A DNA stretch of 64,000 bases from Methanobacteriota archaeon (GCA_020697715.1 JAEHCO010000003.1:64001-128000); one strand, 5' to 3'. Shown: positions 49,272 through 60,450, counted from the stretch's first letter. Notes: generated by a model from the sequence alone, not told the origin. Made by a program: numbers and translations.

Positions 49272-50309
49272 TCATCTTCCTCCATCCAGTACATCGTGGA
49301 AGTTTTGGAAGGACAAATGCCATTTCGCCATGTTCATGCCCATTTTCCCGGCCTCGCGCTCCATCAAATGCTTGATATTCTCGACCTCAGTTCGACTGAA
49401 AGCCACATTGTTATGGGCCTTCGCCAGTGGGTAGGGATATCCGAGATAACCCGGATCATCGCTATATCCGGCCAATTTTGAGAATAGTAGACTGGGATCC
49501 ACACCTTCCGGCAAGGATATATCGACTTTGAATACGAACTTCGACCTGCTGGCCAGAGACACTACATAAGGCTCTCCGAAGAGCTTGTCCTGTCCACCCT
49601 CGATATCCAGCTTGAAGTACCAGGGAGATCCTGGGGCAAGTGCTTCCCCCAGGGTTTGGATCATGGGGATAGCTGGCATTCCTCTATATGCCAGCGAACT
49701 TCTTTTACTGACACCGCAGAGCATTATCTTTCTGGACTTGCAGAGTTCGATCAATCTCTCTAAAAGGACTTCCGAACCTTTGATGCCCGCCCACAGGGAA
49801 CCATCAAAGGACAACACGTCTCCCTCCGCCATATTCTCGGCGGATGCCAGTACTTCCTTCCATTCGATGAGGGAGCGTATCCTGCCCACACCTTCCTCGA
49901 TGGTTCTGGGTATGTCCTGGGGCTCGTTTCCGATAATCTTTCTGTGATGATCAGAATAAACATCTTCCAGATTGGAAGGTGAGAGTGTGATCAATTTGAG
50001 AGATGGATTGTTTGTTCGCTCGGATGAGAATTTGCCATCCACGAAGGCCGCCCCGCCAGCTCGGATACCGGATACATTGAACAATGTGTATCCGTCCAGT
50101 ATGACCGCGCTGCCGCCATCCACTCCGATGAAAGTGCCTTGATTCTCAGACTTCTGGAACTTGATAAAACTATCTTTGTCAATGTCCCTGAGCCAGAGAG
50201 TTCCAGATGTCTCGTCCATCACCATCTGATCGTCATTGGGTTCCTCTATCATCGACCTGGTGTGTGTGACAGCCTCTTCTATTTCAGAAAGATCAAGTCC
50301 CCTCAACAT
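49272..50309 (-). CDS. nurA: NurA nuclease
   Basis: GVDGG, IEW, FDGSL, GVSKRS, GYPYPLAKAH. Confidence 0.9.
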   Translation of the reverse strand: MLRGLDLSEIEEAVTHTRSMIEEPNDDQMVMDETSGTLWLRDIDKDSFIKFQKSENQGTFIGVDGGSAVILDGYTLFNVSGIRAGGAAFVDGKFSSERTNNPSLKLITLSPSNLEDVYSDHHRKIIGNEPQDIPRTIEEGVGRIRSLIEWKEVLASAENMAEGDVLSFDGSLWAGIKGSEVLLERLIELCKSRKIMLCGVSKRSSLAYRGMPAIPMIQTLGEALAPGSPWYFKLDIEGGQDKLFGEPYVVSLASRSKFVFKVDISLPEGVDPSLLFSKLAGYSDDPGYLGYPYPLAKAHNNVAFSRTEVENIKHLMEREAGKMGMNMAKWHLSFQNFHDVLDGGR

Positions 50310-50388
50310 GCGACCTGAAATCTATCAAACCATACTTAAGGATATAGGGAGGGGGGATAGGTGAAACTATAACAAAGCACCAGGAAGG

Positions 50389-51426
50389 TCACTCAACCTC
50401 AACATCCAGCACGAAATGCCCAACTCCTGGGGAGTAGGATTTGATAAGTCTCTGTTCGATATCCAGCACCTTCCTGCCCTCCAGCTCGGCTGCCTCACGG
50501 ACCCTGCTGGCCGGCCTTTCATCGGCCAGCACATTGGGACAAGTCTCGTGGTAATGGATGATACCGCCTTCTGGCTTCAATATCCTCACACTCTTCTGTA
50601 GAAATTCATGGGTCGTGCCAACATAGCCCATGACCACCCTGTCGGCTATTCCCTCCATCGCATCCAGGCAATTGGAATTGTGGGGTTCGACAATGTCCCC
50701 CACATCATTCAGCTCGATATTCTTCTTTAGATAATCATGAGATAGTGGATTGAGCTCGTAGGCCAGCACTTCCGATGGCTTGCTGTGGAAGGCCATCGGT
50801 AGTGTGAAATAACCAATGCCCGCGAACATGTCTACAACGATTTCTCCTGAATTACAAACACTGGCCATTCGGATCCTCTCGTCCACATTCCCGCTGGAGA
50901 ACATGAGCCGGGAAGCATCGAAATTGTATCGGATGCCATTCTCCAAATGTGTCGTCACGGTGTCATTCCCGTAAAGCAATTTATGAACTGGCTCCCGGAA
51001 TTGCCCAGAAATTCCGCCAGTATCCCACAGTACGGCTTTGACATTCAAAATACCAGCATACACTTCGGCAATGTGCTTGCCATACTCCACAATGTCATCG
51101 TCCAGTTTGATAACAAGTACATTGCCCATGAACTCCCATCTTTTCGGTATTTTATCAATGAGATCCTCAGGAATATCAAGATGGGCCAGTATGTCCTTCA
51201 TCGGGTCGTAGAAGGTCTCGCGCCCGATGATTTCCGACAACTCACCAACACTGCCCCCAAGCTCTTCAATGAGCTTGGTCTCGTGGTCTGCCAGTTCTCT
51301 TGTTATTGGAATTTCAATAATCCCACCATCGGAAATAATGCGATGATATTTATCAAGGGCACCCAGACTGGTAATTAACAGTCTGGCCTTCTCCGCTTTC
51401 TCCTTGTGTATCCTGATGGCGAGCAT
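50389..51426 (-). CDS. Trm5/Taw2 (Met-10+) family SAM-dependent tRNA-modifying enzyme
   Basis: ENGIRY, MFSSGNVDERIRM (Taw2/TYW2-like), VDMFAGIGYF, ELNP, IKSYSPG. Confidence 0.85.
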   Translation of the reverse strand: MLAIRIHKEKAEKARLLITSLGALDKYHRIISDGGIIEIPITRELADHETKLIEELGGSVGELSEIIGRETFYDPMKDILAHLDIPEDLIDKIPKRWEFMGNVLVIKLDDDIVEYGKHIAEVYAGILNVKAVLWDTGGISGQFREPVHKLLYGNDTVTTHLENGIRYNFDASRLMFSSGNVDERIRMASVCNSGEIVVDMFAGIGYFTLPMAFHSKPSEVLAYELNPLSHDYLKKNIELNDVGDIVEPHNSNCLDAMEGIADRVVMGYVGTTHEFLQKSVRILKPEGGIIHYHETCPNVLADERPASRVREAAELEGRKVLDIEQRLIKSYSPGVGHFVLDVEVE

Positions 51427-51459
51427 CTGACATGGAAACCCGGCACAATGGTTTAAACC

Positions 51460-54400
51460 TTACCAATCAATCGTCCATACAATGTCTGTAACCGCATAAA
51501 CCCAGTAACCTTTTCCTGGTGTCATGACATACCCTGGCCCAACTTCTTGTAGATCGTAAGCCATGCTGGTATTGCAGACCTCGACCGCCGTTACAGTTGT
51601 CCCCCAGAAGGCATTGGCCACAGTTTCAGGAGTTGTGGTTGGATATGCCACGAGGTTCCAGCCCGCATATAATTGAATATCTGTGGAAATCGGTACGCTT
51701 CCGTAAACATCCAGTGTGCAGGCTTCTGTCGCCCTTATCCAGAATCCCATTGTGTGATCCAGATCATTCAGGTCATTGAACACGCTGGGCATGGAAGTTG
51801 AATATGTTTTCCAGTGGTCTGTAGCGTCGGTCGGATCGTAGAATTGGGCCGTGTCCCATTTGCCATCGATGGATGCCAGCACTGCCAGTATATCTGTATC
51901 CGCTTGCTCAAGTGGTAGTGAGATAAGATTCCAACCCACTTCCAGGTCTATGCCGAAGGAAGTTGGTGTGATGATGGTCAAGGCATAGTCACTTGCCTGG
52001 AATGGTGTGCCCCCATCATCATCATAGTACAGTATGACGGAGTTGTTCAGTGTGCCAGTTGCCGCGATATCTATTGAAACATTGATGTAAAGTGTACCGC
52101 TCACCCCTGGGGCGATATTACTCAATATCCACAGGTCGTCCCCAGTTCCTGGATTAAAGGGCAACATGGATGCATCTACAAATGTTACATCTGACGGATA
52201 AGCCTCATCCAATACGCAGGTATAGGCGGTCTCATCACCAATATTCTCGTAGGTGATGGTGTACATGATGGTGTCGCCAGCATTGGCAAATGGCGGCGCG
52301 GTCTTGTTGATGGTCATCAGAGGGCCAATTTGATCCACTATTGTGATCGCCATGTCAATAACAGGCGGCAATGCCATTCCAATAGAGTTCTCATAGTCCA
52401 ATGTCACTATGTTGGTAAGAGGACCAATAGCACCTGCATTGACCGTGACATTGATGTATATCACGCCTCCAGTGCCAGGAGCGACACTTCCGATATTCCA
52501 GACATTATCTCCTGCGCCTGGATTATCTGGAATCGGATTCGCATCAAGGAACGTGACCTCGATCGGATAGGTCTCGGTTATGACCACATTGTAAGCGGTG
52601 TCTGTCCCAACATTCTGATATGTGATCGTATACATGATGGTCTCGCCCGGAATAGCTGATACGGGCGCGGTCTTGGTCAATGCCATATATGGGCCAATGA
52701 TCAGAGTATCTGCCTCATCCCAATCCTGGCCACCATCATGCACGATGGTGACATTGTTTGTCAGGATAGTACCTAGTGGTACATCATTATCGATCTGAAC
52801 AGTAATCATTATCGTACCACTGGCTCCAGGAGCTATTGCTCCAATCATCCAAACATTGTTTCCCACATCTGGCATAGGAACAGAACTTACATAGCTGATA
52901 CCAACTGGGAATGTATCGGTTATGACCGAATTATATGCCCAGTCAGTTCCAATGTTTTCATAGGTGATTGTATAAGTGATCATCTCGCCAGGATTCGCTG
53001 TTGCTGGCGCGGTCTTGTCTATGGTCATGATCGGCTCTAATGGGACACCCTCTCCCACGTCTATCGTGACATTATCCCAATCATCCAGATAGCCCGGGAT
53101 GGTGTTCCATCTATCCAGGTAGAAGGCGCCCCATGGTGTTAGGTAATTATCATAGCTGCCTTCCATGATGTTCACCCACTGGGTGCCGGCCGTGTTCAAT
53201 GTCACGGTCGCCGTGTAGGTTCCGTCATTAGCTGCACCACCCAGGCCGTCGAAGCTCATTGGATGTGAGGTATCATTGACGAACCCAGCATCACCTGAAT
53301 GGAAGTTCATTAGGCCATCAGTATGCGTGAAATAACCCTGGGCCAGCATGCCATCCCGATCTAGCACATCATAGGTGAGCGGGAATGGTGTTCCCGCTGT
53401 CACATTGGCTGGCGGTAAATTGTATCTCACCTCATACGGAACACCGCTGATAATGTCCTGGCGGTGCGGTCCATTTGCCACATTGTAGACCGTGGCATTG
53501 TAACCATTGTTCATCCAGCCAGCAGATGAGCTATTGGCCAATATGTCTCCTCCATCCGTGTAATTGAACACATCTATGGAGAATTGGGCAAAGGTATTCG
53601 ACATCTCGCTTAAATTAATGTATGACATTGTGTAGGGATCGAACCATTCTATATTCACCTGTGAACCGGGATCCAGTCTTCCACTTGTATCCTGCATGAA
53701 ATTGTATTCCAGATTGCCTCCAGCGCCATTGTAATATGTGGTATAACCGTACACGACATAAGGATCGCATGGGCAGACGCAACCGGGGAAGTTGATGGTT
53801 CTTTCTGCCCCGGTAACAGCATTGCCATTACTGTCTTCCAGCCGGTATTGGTAGTCTATGAACCCTGCAACTCCGCCTGGTGCACTGACCTCGAAGCTGA
53901 AATCCGCTCCATAGCTTCCATTCCATGTTCCGTCAAGATCCATCGGGGTCCAGGGTCCATATGGACCTCCATTCTCACTTATGCAGTAATCGGCAACTGT
54001 GTAGTCAGTGAAATCATGATAATCTACCTTTATCGTTATGTCCATTGATGTGTCAAAGCTCATTCCATCTGCAGGTGATGTCACATCATAACCATGAATG
54101 GGGTCCGTGGTGTCATCAATTGTGTAGGTATAAGAGTCTGGAGTGATATCCAATATGCCTGTGGATGACCGTGCTTCAATAGTATAGTCTCCCAATGCCA
54201 GCCCATGTAGGTCAAGGGTGGCTGTGAATGTCGTGACAGCACCTATTGGAGTTGAAGGTGTCATGGGAATCCAGGCCCCTCCATCGATCCGGTAATCAGC
54301 TGATATGACATCCGCACTATCTCCGCCTGTGCTATCGCCCGTGACCGTCAATACAGCATCGTCTGGCAGTGTGCCCTGATATGGGTCCGGCGATATGGAA

Positions 54401-57400
54401 TCTATCGTGGTCTCTGGTTGGGTCATACCTCCTGTGGAGAAGGACCATGGATTAGGAACTGGGCCTGCAATAATTGGTATGCCGGCCATGTCCTCGCCCG
54501 ATAGTACTGTGACAGTGTAAACAGTGCTTGGAGCGAAGTCATTGAAGGTGATCATTAGGAGCGTGTCATTTGCAAACCAGGACATGCTCATTCCGCCAGG
54601 ATCTGGCATGATGGTCACCACGACAGTCCCGGTGTCCATTGCCTCAGGGAATTCTATGTATATGTCTTGGAAAATACTTGCTCCAACATAGCCATCTCCG
54701 GGAATTGTAGAGACAATATAAGGAGGTGCATCCATCGTGGTATCAAAGTCAAAGTACATATCACCAATCAATGGGTTTCCGGCCAGATCCTGATAGCCCG
54801 CTCCTGAAATATCTAGATAATAGATCGCATCTATAGCCAAAGCTCCATAGAATATTTGTATAGTGTCTGCGGTTACCCAGGATAGGAAAGTTCCAGGTAA
54901 GTTTGTGGTATAAGTGGAAATAGCATTGTTCATAGGTTCACTGAATACTATTGTATAGGTTCCTGGTGCAGCAGGGACACCAGTCGCCCCGTCTGCTGGA
55001 GTGACCGAGACAATATAAGGAGCTGTGGTATCTATCACATATGGGCCGAACTCGATATCTCCAGGTCCGACTGGTACTGGTTCAATACCTGTATCCGTTG
55101 CAGTGAAGTAGTAGGTTCCATCCGCTATCGCAGAAGCAGCAGTCCAGGTCCCATCTGGACTGGCATCTGTACCCCAAAGTACCCAATTGACTCCACCATC
55201 ATCAGAGTACCAGAAATCAACAGTCAATGCCAGTCCTTCGTCATAGGTTATTATTGGTGTATTGTCATTAGATGGTGAAGGTGGCTGGACATCGATGATC
55301 TCAGCCTCATGTGAGTGTGTATGGGAGGCTTGCCAGCTCTGCCACATATACCCGTTGTCAATGAAGGTGGATATCTGGTCCGCAGCAGCGTATGTACCGT
55401 CACCCTGCGGTGTCGAGCCCAATTTTCCACAGTACATATCTTGAGCTGGGTTATTAAGGAGAGATCCCTGCATCCACATCTTGTAATTGGTCCCATCGCC
55501 GCCTGGCTCTCCTATCTGCATGGTTATTCGGTAGTAGGCTTGATCCATATGGGAATCATCCAGAGGTGAGTATCCATTTACCCCTGTCTCATCATATATC
55601 TCTGGCAGCGCAGGGCCATAATCTGGATAATACAATCCATCGAAATTCTCATCACAAGAGAGTATGAGATTGGTAGTTGCATCAGTCTCCCCCGACAATA
55701 TTGTGCCAGTATCATCAGTGATATAGCCCTCAAGCAAATATGGGGCAGGGCTCCAAGCTAGAGGATCAAAGCCTCCACCATCATTGAACAATTGATCTAC
55801 TGGCTTAGGTTTAGCTCGATTGGTATTCACATCATCCCCGCTTATCCAGGTGTATGTCGATGATGAATTGAAATAGACCATCCAGCCCTCTCCACTTGGG
55901 CTCAATGGTTCAGGGTCGAAAAAGTCTGGTGTTATCAGGGATCGGCCCGTGAAGCTGTGACCTGTGAATATCGTACTCAGATCTGGCATGCGCCATTGGC
56001 TGTCCTTGTCAACCAGCATCCAGTCGCTCAGCTGGTTTCCGTAAGTGTCATTCGAGTTCTTGAATACCTCGAATGGTGTGCTGATAGCTTCATAGCCAGC
56101 TGGTAGATCCCTTGTGTACTTGCTGACTGAATAAGAGCTGTTCCCAAGCTCCAGCAGGATATTCTCCGCGGCTACAATGTAATACTTCGCACCGAGGGTG
56201 ATATTTGCGTTTACATCTGTGTAAAATGTATTGGTTCCAGAATATACTGGAGCACCGAAATCAAAGGTGTCCAGGCTCCTGCTTGTGGAAGTGAATAACT
56301 TATACTGACTTGCTCCCGCAACTGGATCCCAATCCAGGTAAAGGTCATTCCCGCTCCATTGGATGTTGAAATTATCCGGCGCTGGCAATATCAGCGACTC
56401 GCTCTCGGTCATGCGTATCTGCTCTGCTGGCCATCCATACCATGTATAGGTTGTAGAGGCAGACAAATAGACCATGAAGCCGTCCTCGAGATAATCTATA
56501 TCACCAGATGGTATGAAGGGGGGTGTGGTCGGCATTCGTCCTAGCCAGCCAGTGCCGGGAGTGTATGTAAAAGCAGATTCGATGTTTGGGACTTTCCTGA
56601 CAGATCCCAGGTTGGTTAATATCCAATCAGACAGCACATTTCCCCAGCTATCCACATCTTCAGGGAATGGCTGAAGCGGACAGCCAAGTATCGAATAACC
56701 AGCAGGCAACTGTATGGTTTGCTTGCCAACTGTCGCACTGGAAGTTCCTTCCTCCCCTACATCGACCGATCTAAGACAGTAGTAATATTCGGGCGAGCCA
56801 GCTATCGCTCCCACATCCGTGTAGCTCATTGTTCCCTGAGGCACATTTGCGATCGGAGTTGAGAAGTCAATTGCATCCGCATATTCTCCTCTGTAGATAT
56901 TGTAGCTGTCTGCCCCGACAGTATCAGTCCATGTGATAGTGATGTCTGCATCAATAGTCTGATCAATAGGAGAGACCCTCACATTCGTTGGTGCGGGGAT
57001 CAAGCCAGAGGGCTTCTCATCTGTTCCAGTATCTGTGAAAATTGTATCATCCGGCGTGAATCCATACTCTGAATCGAATTCGATCGTGCATGGATTACCC
57101 ACCCATATCCAGTATCCCCAGGCAAATTGGGTATTGACAACCCAGTTCTTGCTAGCCATTCCAGGGAAGTACATGGTATTCACATATGATTCGAATAACT
57201 GGGTGTCCTGGTTCCACTTGCTCACGATTATCTCGTTCTGGGTCACACCAGTCTGTAGATTTAGGTCAATAGATCCATCTGTGAAGTCATTGGCCGACAG
57301 CTCGGAATTCCAGCCACCTGGGAAAGGCCCAAAGGTGTCATTGTGCGGGAACCCGATGAAATTCCATTCTCCAGTGACCAGGCTGACCTCTTTATCTGCC

Positions 57401-59304
57401 GGGTCTGCTATTTCCAGAGCCTCGACGGTCACGATACCCCCTACTGGAGAGTATATCCTGTAGCCATGGACGAAGTCCGTCGGCAGGTCATTGCTAGCCC
57501 CTTCTATTGTGCCATAATCAAAGCCCGTATAAGCACTGGGATTTCCACCACTTCTCATGCCTATCTGATAGGCCGCTGGCCCCAGATCTGCCGCGATCTC
57601 TCTCAAGACATCAAAGGCTCCGAATACTCCATCGCCTCCCTTGTCTATGGGGTCCATGGGAATGCTGATATCATTGATGCCAGGCACTAGATTCCATTGG
57701 AAAGAACTGCTTCCAGCCACCACTATCATGGCGGTTTCCCAATCGTCCTTGTATCCGGGGGTTGTTCCGCCATCTTGTAGGTAGAAATCACCCCAAGGTG
57801 TGAGGTGGTCTGGACCATCTGGAGTTGGCATATCCCCGCCTTCAGAAATTGTAACAGAATGCATACCTCCAGATAATAAGGTCACTGCCGCGGTGTATGT
57901 TCCATCAGTCACCGCGCCATCAAGACCATCGAAGGTAATTGGATGTGCCATGTCATTGGTCCACAGAAGATCAGTGCACTCGAAATCGAAAGGTCCATCA
58001 GCCGCATATGTGAAATAACCCTCTGCCAGATCTCCATCCCTGTCCAGTATCTCGTAGGTCAGGGGAAATGGGGCTCCAGAAGCCACTGCGCCAGGTGGTA
58101 GAACATAAGCCACCTCATAAGGCACGCCGAACATCACGTCCTGCCTTATCCCGCCAGGACTTCCAATGACATCTATCGTGGTGTAATTGTATCCGTTGTT
58201 GCCCCAGCCATCTGAAACTCCGTTCACCTTGACGATTCCTCCGTCTGCGTAATCACGGATGTCAACTGCGAACTGGGCAGTAACTGGGTTTGAAGTGGTG
58301 GATATGGTATTATAGCTTCTAGAAGAGGCATTCCACCAAGTAATGTCAACTTGCGAGCCAGGGTCCAGTCTTCCATAGGCCTGCTCGGCTGGATTCCATT
58401 CCATCGCGCCTGCTTGGCCATTATAGTAAGTGGTGTAGCCGTAGATCGTGTATGGGTCTGGTATTACAGTGTCAAGCACCCAGGGGCCGAAATCCGGTGT
58501 GCTTGGAACTCCAAATGGGTCCCCGGCGAAATAATAAGTGCCATCTGCAAGTGGGGGTGATGTGAAGACCTCGTCCATGTCTGAGTCAGTACCCAGGAAG
58601 TTCCAAGTGGAACCAGCATTATCTGAATAATATATGTCCCATGAGCAAGTGCAGGTATCTATGTAGATAGTGGGAGTATTATTAATTGAGGGGGTGGCTG
58701 GCTGGACATCTATGACATTAAAGTAATGCATTCCTGCCGCTGGTATCTGGAAATCCTGCATAAGTGAACCACCTGAGCTCGGGAAGGTAAATATCTGGTC
58801 TGCGGGGAGGTATGTTCCATCACCTTGAGGAACAGCTCCAGGTACTCCGCAGTACCCATCCATAGATGGTGTGTTGAGCTTGGAACCTTCGATCCAGATC
58901 TTGTATTCCATGTCATAGCCGCCTGGCTGACCAGCAGCCATTGCAAGCTGAACATATCCACCAGGTGGACCGAATTCCACGAAAGCATCGTTTAATGCTG
59001 CATTTCCACCAACTCCATTCTCATCATAACTGTTTGGTGTAATTGGCTCGACAGGATAGTAAATGCCATTTCCATCCTCATTCACACTCAATACTATGTT
59101 CACAGTGGCATCGAATTCGACATTATTGGCAATGCTTGTGCCATCTGAATTCAATATATATCCGCTAAATGAAAACACCGCAGGCCAAACATCAGCCTCG
59201 TCCACGACATTCTTGCTGATGACGACAGATGGCATTACCATCAAAATTAGTATTATAATTGACAACACTGGGCTCAAATAATTCTTCTTTGCAAATCTGT
59301 TCAA
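51460..59304 (-). CDS. Giant (~2600 aa) secreted mosaic protein: duplicated unknown modules, FN3, Big_5, three DUF11-like domains, C-terminal GWNL repeats; no C-terminal TM
   Basis: TTG at 59304 after GGAGAGG, then a signal peptide; KTAP...ITYTITYENIG three times; GWNLISLP / GWNLVAYP...GKGYWV at the end. Confidence 0.85.
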   Translation of the reverse strand: MNRFAKKNYLSPVLSIIILILMVMPSVVISKNVVDEADVWPAVFSFSGYILNSDGTSIANNVEFDATVNIVLSVNEDGNGIYYPVEPITPNSYDENGVGGNAALNDAFVEFGPPGGYVQLAMAAGQPGGYDMEYKIWIEGSKLNTPSMDGYCGVPGAVPQGDGTYLPADQIFTFPSSGGSLMQDFQIPAAGMHYFNVIDVQPATPSINNTPTIYIDTCTCSWDIYYSDNAGSTWNFLGTDSDMDEVFTSPPLADGTYYFAGDPFGVPSTPDFGPWVLDTVIPDPYTIYGYTTYYNGQAGAMEWNPAEQAYGRLDPGSQVDITWWNASSRSYNTISTTSNPVTAQFAVDIRDYADGGIVKVNGVSDGWGNNGYNYTTIDVIGSPGGIRQDVMFGVPYEVAYVLPPGAVASGAPFPLTYEILDRDGDLAEGYFTYAADGPFDFECTDLLWTNDMAHPITFDGLDGAVTDGTYTAAVTLLSGGMHSVTISEGGDMPTPDGPDHLTPWGDFYLQDGGTTPGYKDDWETAMIVVAGSSSFQWNLVPGINDISIPMDPIDKGGDGVFGAFDVLREIAADLGPAAYQIGMRSGGNPSAYTGFDYGTIEGASNDLPTDFVHGYRIYSPVGGIVTVEALEIADPADKEVSLVTGEWNFIGFPHNDTFGPFPGGWNSELSANDFTDGSIDLNLQTGVTQNEIIVSKWNQDTQLFESYVNTMYFPGMASKNWVVNTQFAWGYWIWVGNPCTIEFDSEYGFTPDDTIFTDTGTDEKPSGLIPAPTNVRVSPIDQTIDADITITWTDTVGADSYNIYRGEYADAIDFSTPIANVPQGTMSYTDVGAIAGSPEYYYCLRSVDVGEEGTSSATVGKQTIQLPAGYSILGCPLQPFPEDVDSWGNVLSDWILTNLGSVRKVPNIESAFTYTPGTGWLGRMPTTPPFIPSGDIDYLEDGFMVYLSASTTYTWYGWPAEQIRMTESESLILPAPDNFNIQWSGNDLYLDWDPVAGASQYKLFTSTSRSLDTFDFGAPVYSGTNTFYTDVNANITLGAKYYIVAAENILLELGNSSYSVSKYTRDLPAGYEAISTPFEVFKNSNDTYGNQLSDWMLVDKDSQWRMPDLSTIFTGHSFTGRSLITPDFFDPEPLSPSGEGWMVYFNSSSTYTWISGDDVNTNRAKPKPVDQLFNDGGGFDPLAWSPAPYLLEGYITDDTGTILSGETDATTNLILSCDENFDGLYYPDYGPALPEIYDETGVNGYSPLDDSHMDQAYYRITMQIGEPGGDGTNYKMWMQGSLLNNPAQDMYCGKLGSTPQGDGTYAAADQISTFIDNGYMWQSWQASHTHSHEAEIIDVQPPSPSNDNTPIITYDEGLALTVDFWYSDDGGVNWVLWGTDASPDGTWTAASAIADGTYYFTATDTGIEPVPVGPGDIEFGPYVIDTTAPYIVSVTPADGATGVPAAPGTYTIVFSEPMNNAISTYTTNLPGTFLSWVTADTIQIFYGALAIDAIYYLDISGAGYQDLAGNPLIGDMYFDFDTTMDAPPYIVSTIPGDGYVGASIFQDIYIEFPEAMDTGTVVVTIMPDPGGMSMSWFANDTLLMITFNDFAPSTVYTVTVLSGEDMAGIPIIAGPVPNPWSFSTGGMTQPETTIDSISPDPYQGTLPDDAVLTVTGDSTGGDSADVISADYRIDGGAWIPMTPSTPIGAVTTFTATLDLHGLALGDYTIEARSSTGILDITPDSYTYTIDDTTDPIHGYDVTSPADGMSFDTSMDITIKVDYHDFTDYTVADYCISENGGPYGPWTPMDLDGTWNGSYGADFSFEVSAPGGVAGFIDYQYRLEDSNGNAVTGAERTINFPGCVCPCDPYVVYGYTTYYNGAGGNLEYNFMQDTSGRLDPGSQVNIEWFDPYTMSYINLSEMSNTFAQFSIDVFNYTDGGDILANSSSAGWMNNGYNATVYNVANGPHRQDIISGVPYEVRYNLPPANVTAGTPFPLTYDVLDRDGMLAQGYFTHTDGLMNFHSGDAGFVNDTSHPMSFDGLGGAANDGTYTATVTLNTAGTQWVNIMEGSYDNYLTPWGAFYLDRWNTIPGYLDDWDNVTIDVGEGVPLEPIMTIDKTAPATANPGEMITYTITYENIGTDWAYNSVITDTFPVGISYVSSVPMPDVGNNVWMIGAIAPGASGTIMITVQIDNDVPLGTILTNNVTIVHDGGQDWDEADTLIIGPYMALTKTAPVSAIPGETIMYTITYQNVGTDTAYNVVITETYPIEVTFLDANPIPDNPGAGDNVWNIGSVAPGTGGVIYINVTVNAGAIGPLTNIVTLDYENSIGMALPPVIDMAITIVDQIGPLMTINKTAPPFANAGDTIMYTITYENIGDETAYTCVLDEAYPSDVTFVDASMLPFNPGTGDDLWILSNIAPGVSGTLYINVSIDIAATGTLNNSVILYYDDDGGTPFQASDYALTIITPTSFGIDLEVGWNLISLPLEQADTDILAVLASIDGKWDTAQFYDPTDATDHWKTYSTSMPSVFNDLNDLDHTMGFWIRATEACTLDVYGSVPISTDIQLYAGWNLVAYPTTTPETVANAFWGTTVTAVEVCNTSMAYDLQEVGPGYVMTPGKGYWVYAVTDIVWTIDW

Positions 59305-59415
59305 ACTCTCCTCTCCATAGTATATTGTTAATGGGGTTGGTAGTTTAAATAGCTTATGCACACGCGTGCACAATTGTTAATAATATGCTTTATCTACTAA
59401 TTTTAACTAGGATCA

Positions 59416-60450
59416 TCATACTTTATATCGGAGCAAGGCCCCCACATCTCCAATGGATTCCAGCTTCCTGCCAGCATCATGCAAGGTGCTTATCACCACC
59501 ACCTTGCTCTTGCTCTCTTCTGTCTTATTGAGGAGCTTTTCATATTTCCTGCTCCTCATCGCTTTGTCGGTTATCAGGACAGTTTCAACCGCTCCCGCAT
59601 CCAGGCAGTTCCCTACGTCCGCCACTCCATAGGCGAAGGCTCCGTCTTTGGCGATCTCGGCCATCAGATCCTCTATCAACTTGGTCTCGACAGCCACCCT
59701 GGATTCCTTCAGGACTTCAGACCCAATGCCTTTTTTCATCACCTCCTGCACAGCGGCCATGCCCGACTGGCCGGTGGAAAGCACATGAAGGCCTTTGGCG
59801 ATCGGCCTTTTCTTATCCCGGATGTAATTTGAGAAGTTCTCTTTCTCAAAACCTGGGCCGAGGACGATGCACACCCCTTCACCAGCAATGGATTCGAGCT
59901 TGGCCAGAACCTCTGGATAAAATTCATTTTTGCCTGGTTTCTTGGTCGTGTACTGCTTGCCAGAAGCATTCGATCGTATCTTCGCGACCTCTTTAATTCC
60001 ATACTCGCGAAGTTGGACCAGCACCGCTTCTTCCTCATCGATCGCGACAAAGGTTATGAGTGGGCGCTCGACAGCCTTTTCAGCATCGAAGAGCCTGTCC
60101 ATCAGCTCCCTTCGCCAGACCTTGATAACCGAAAGATCCTCGCCAACAGAAAGATTGAATGTGTGATAGGAGCCGATGTCCTGCGGCCCCTCCTCTATCA
60201 CGCCGTGTATCCTGAGCCAGTCTGTGAATTCATGGAACTCCACACTCTCAACGCGGATGCCGAGGCGCATCTTTCTTTTCTCGCCTCGCTCGGCTCTGAG
60301 CTTATCATCCTTGGATTCCTCCCTGCGAGTTGTGAGAGCGAAGGCTAGATCATCCTTTTCGACAATATTGTACAGTTGCCAGAGGTCGTCCTCGGTCTGT
60401 ATGAGGATTTTTATCTCACCGCTCTTAGGGTCTTTCTTGAGGATCTTCAC
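59416..60450 (-). CDS. pelA: Pelota (Dom34) mRNA surveillance protein
   Basis: EDDLWQL, LRIHGVI, GSYHT, LGPGF, AYG...GAVETVLI, ALLRY. Confidence 0.94.
   Translation of the reverse strand: MKILKKDPKSGEIKILIQTEDDLWQLYNIVEKDDLAFALTTRREESKDDKLRAERGEKRKMRLGIRVESVEFHEFTDWLRIHGVIEEGPQDIGSYHTFNLSVGEDLSVIKVWRRELMDRLFDAEKAVERPLITFVAIDEEEAVLVQLREYGIKEVAKIRSNASGKQYTTKKPGKNEFYPEVLAKLESIAGEGVCIVLGPGFEKENFSNYIRDKKRPIAKGLHVLSTGQSGMAAVQEVMKKGIGSEVLKESRVAVETKLIEDLMAEIAKDGAFAYGVADVGNCLDAGAVETVLITDKAMRSRKYEKLLNKTEESKSKVVVISTLHDAGRKLESIGDVGALLRYKV

Noticed and set aside
44456-50309. HerA- or SMC-based antiviral defence system
   Set aside because: The complete nurA-herA-mre11-rad50 set with a zinc hook is the standard archaeal end-resection operon
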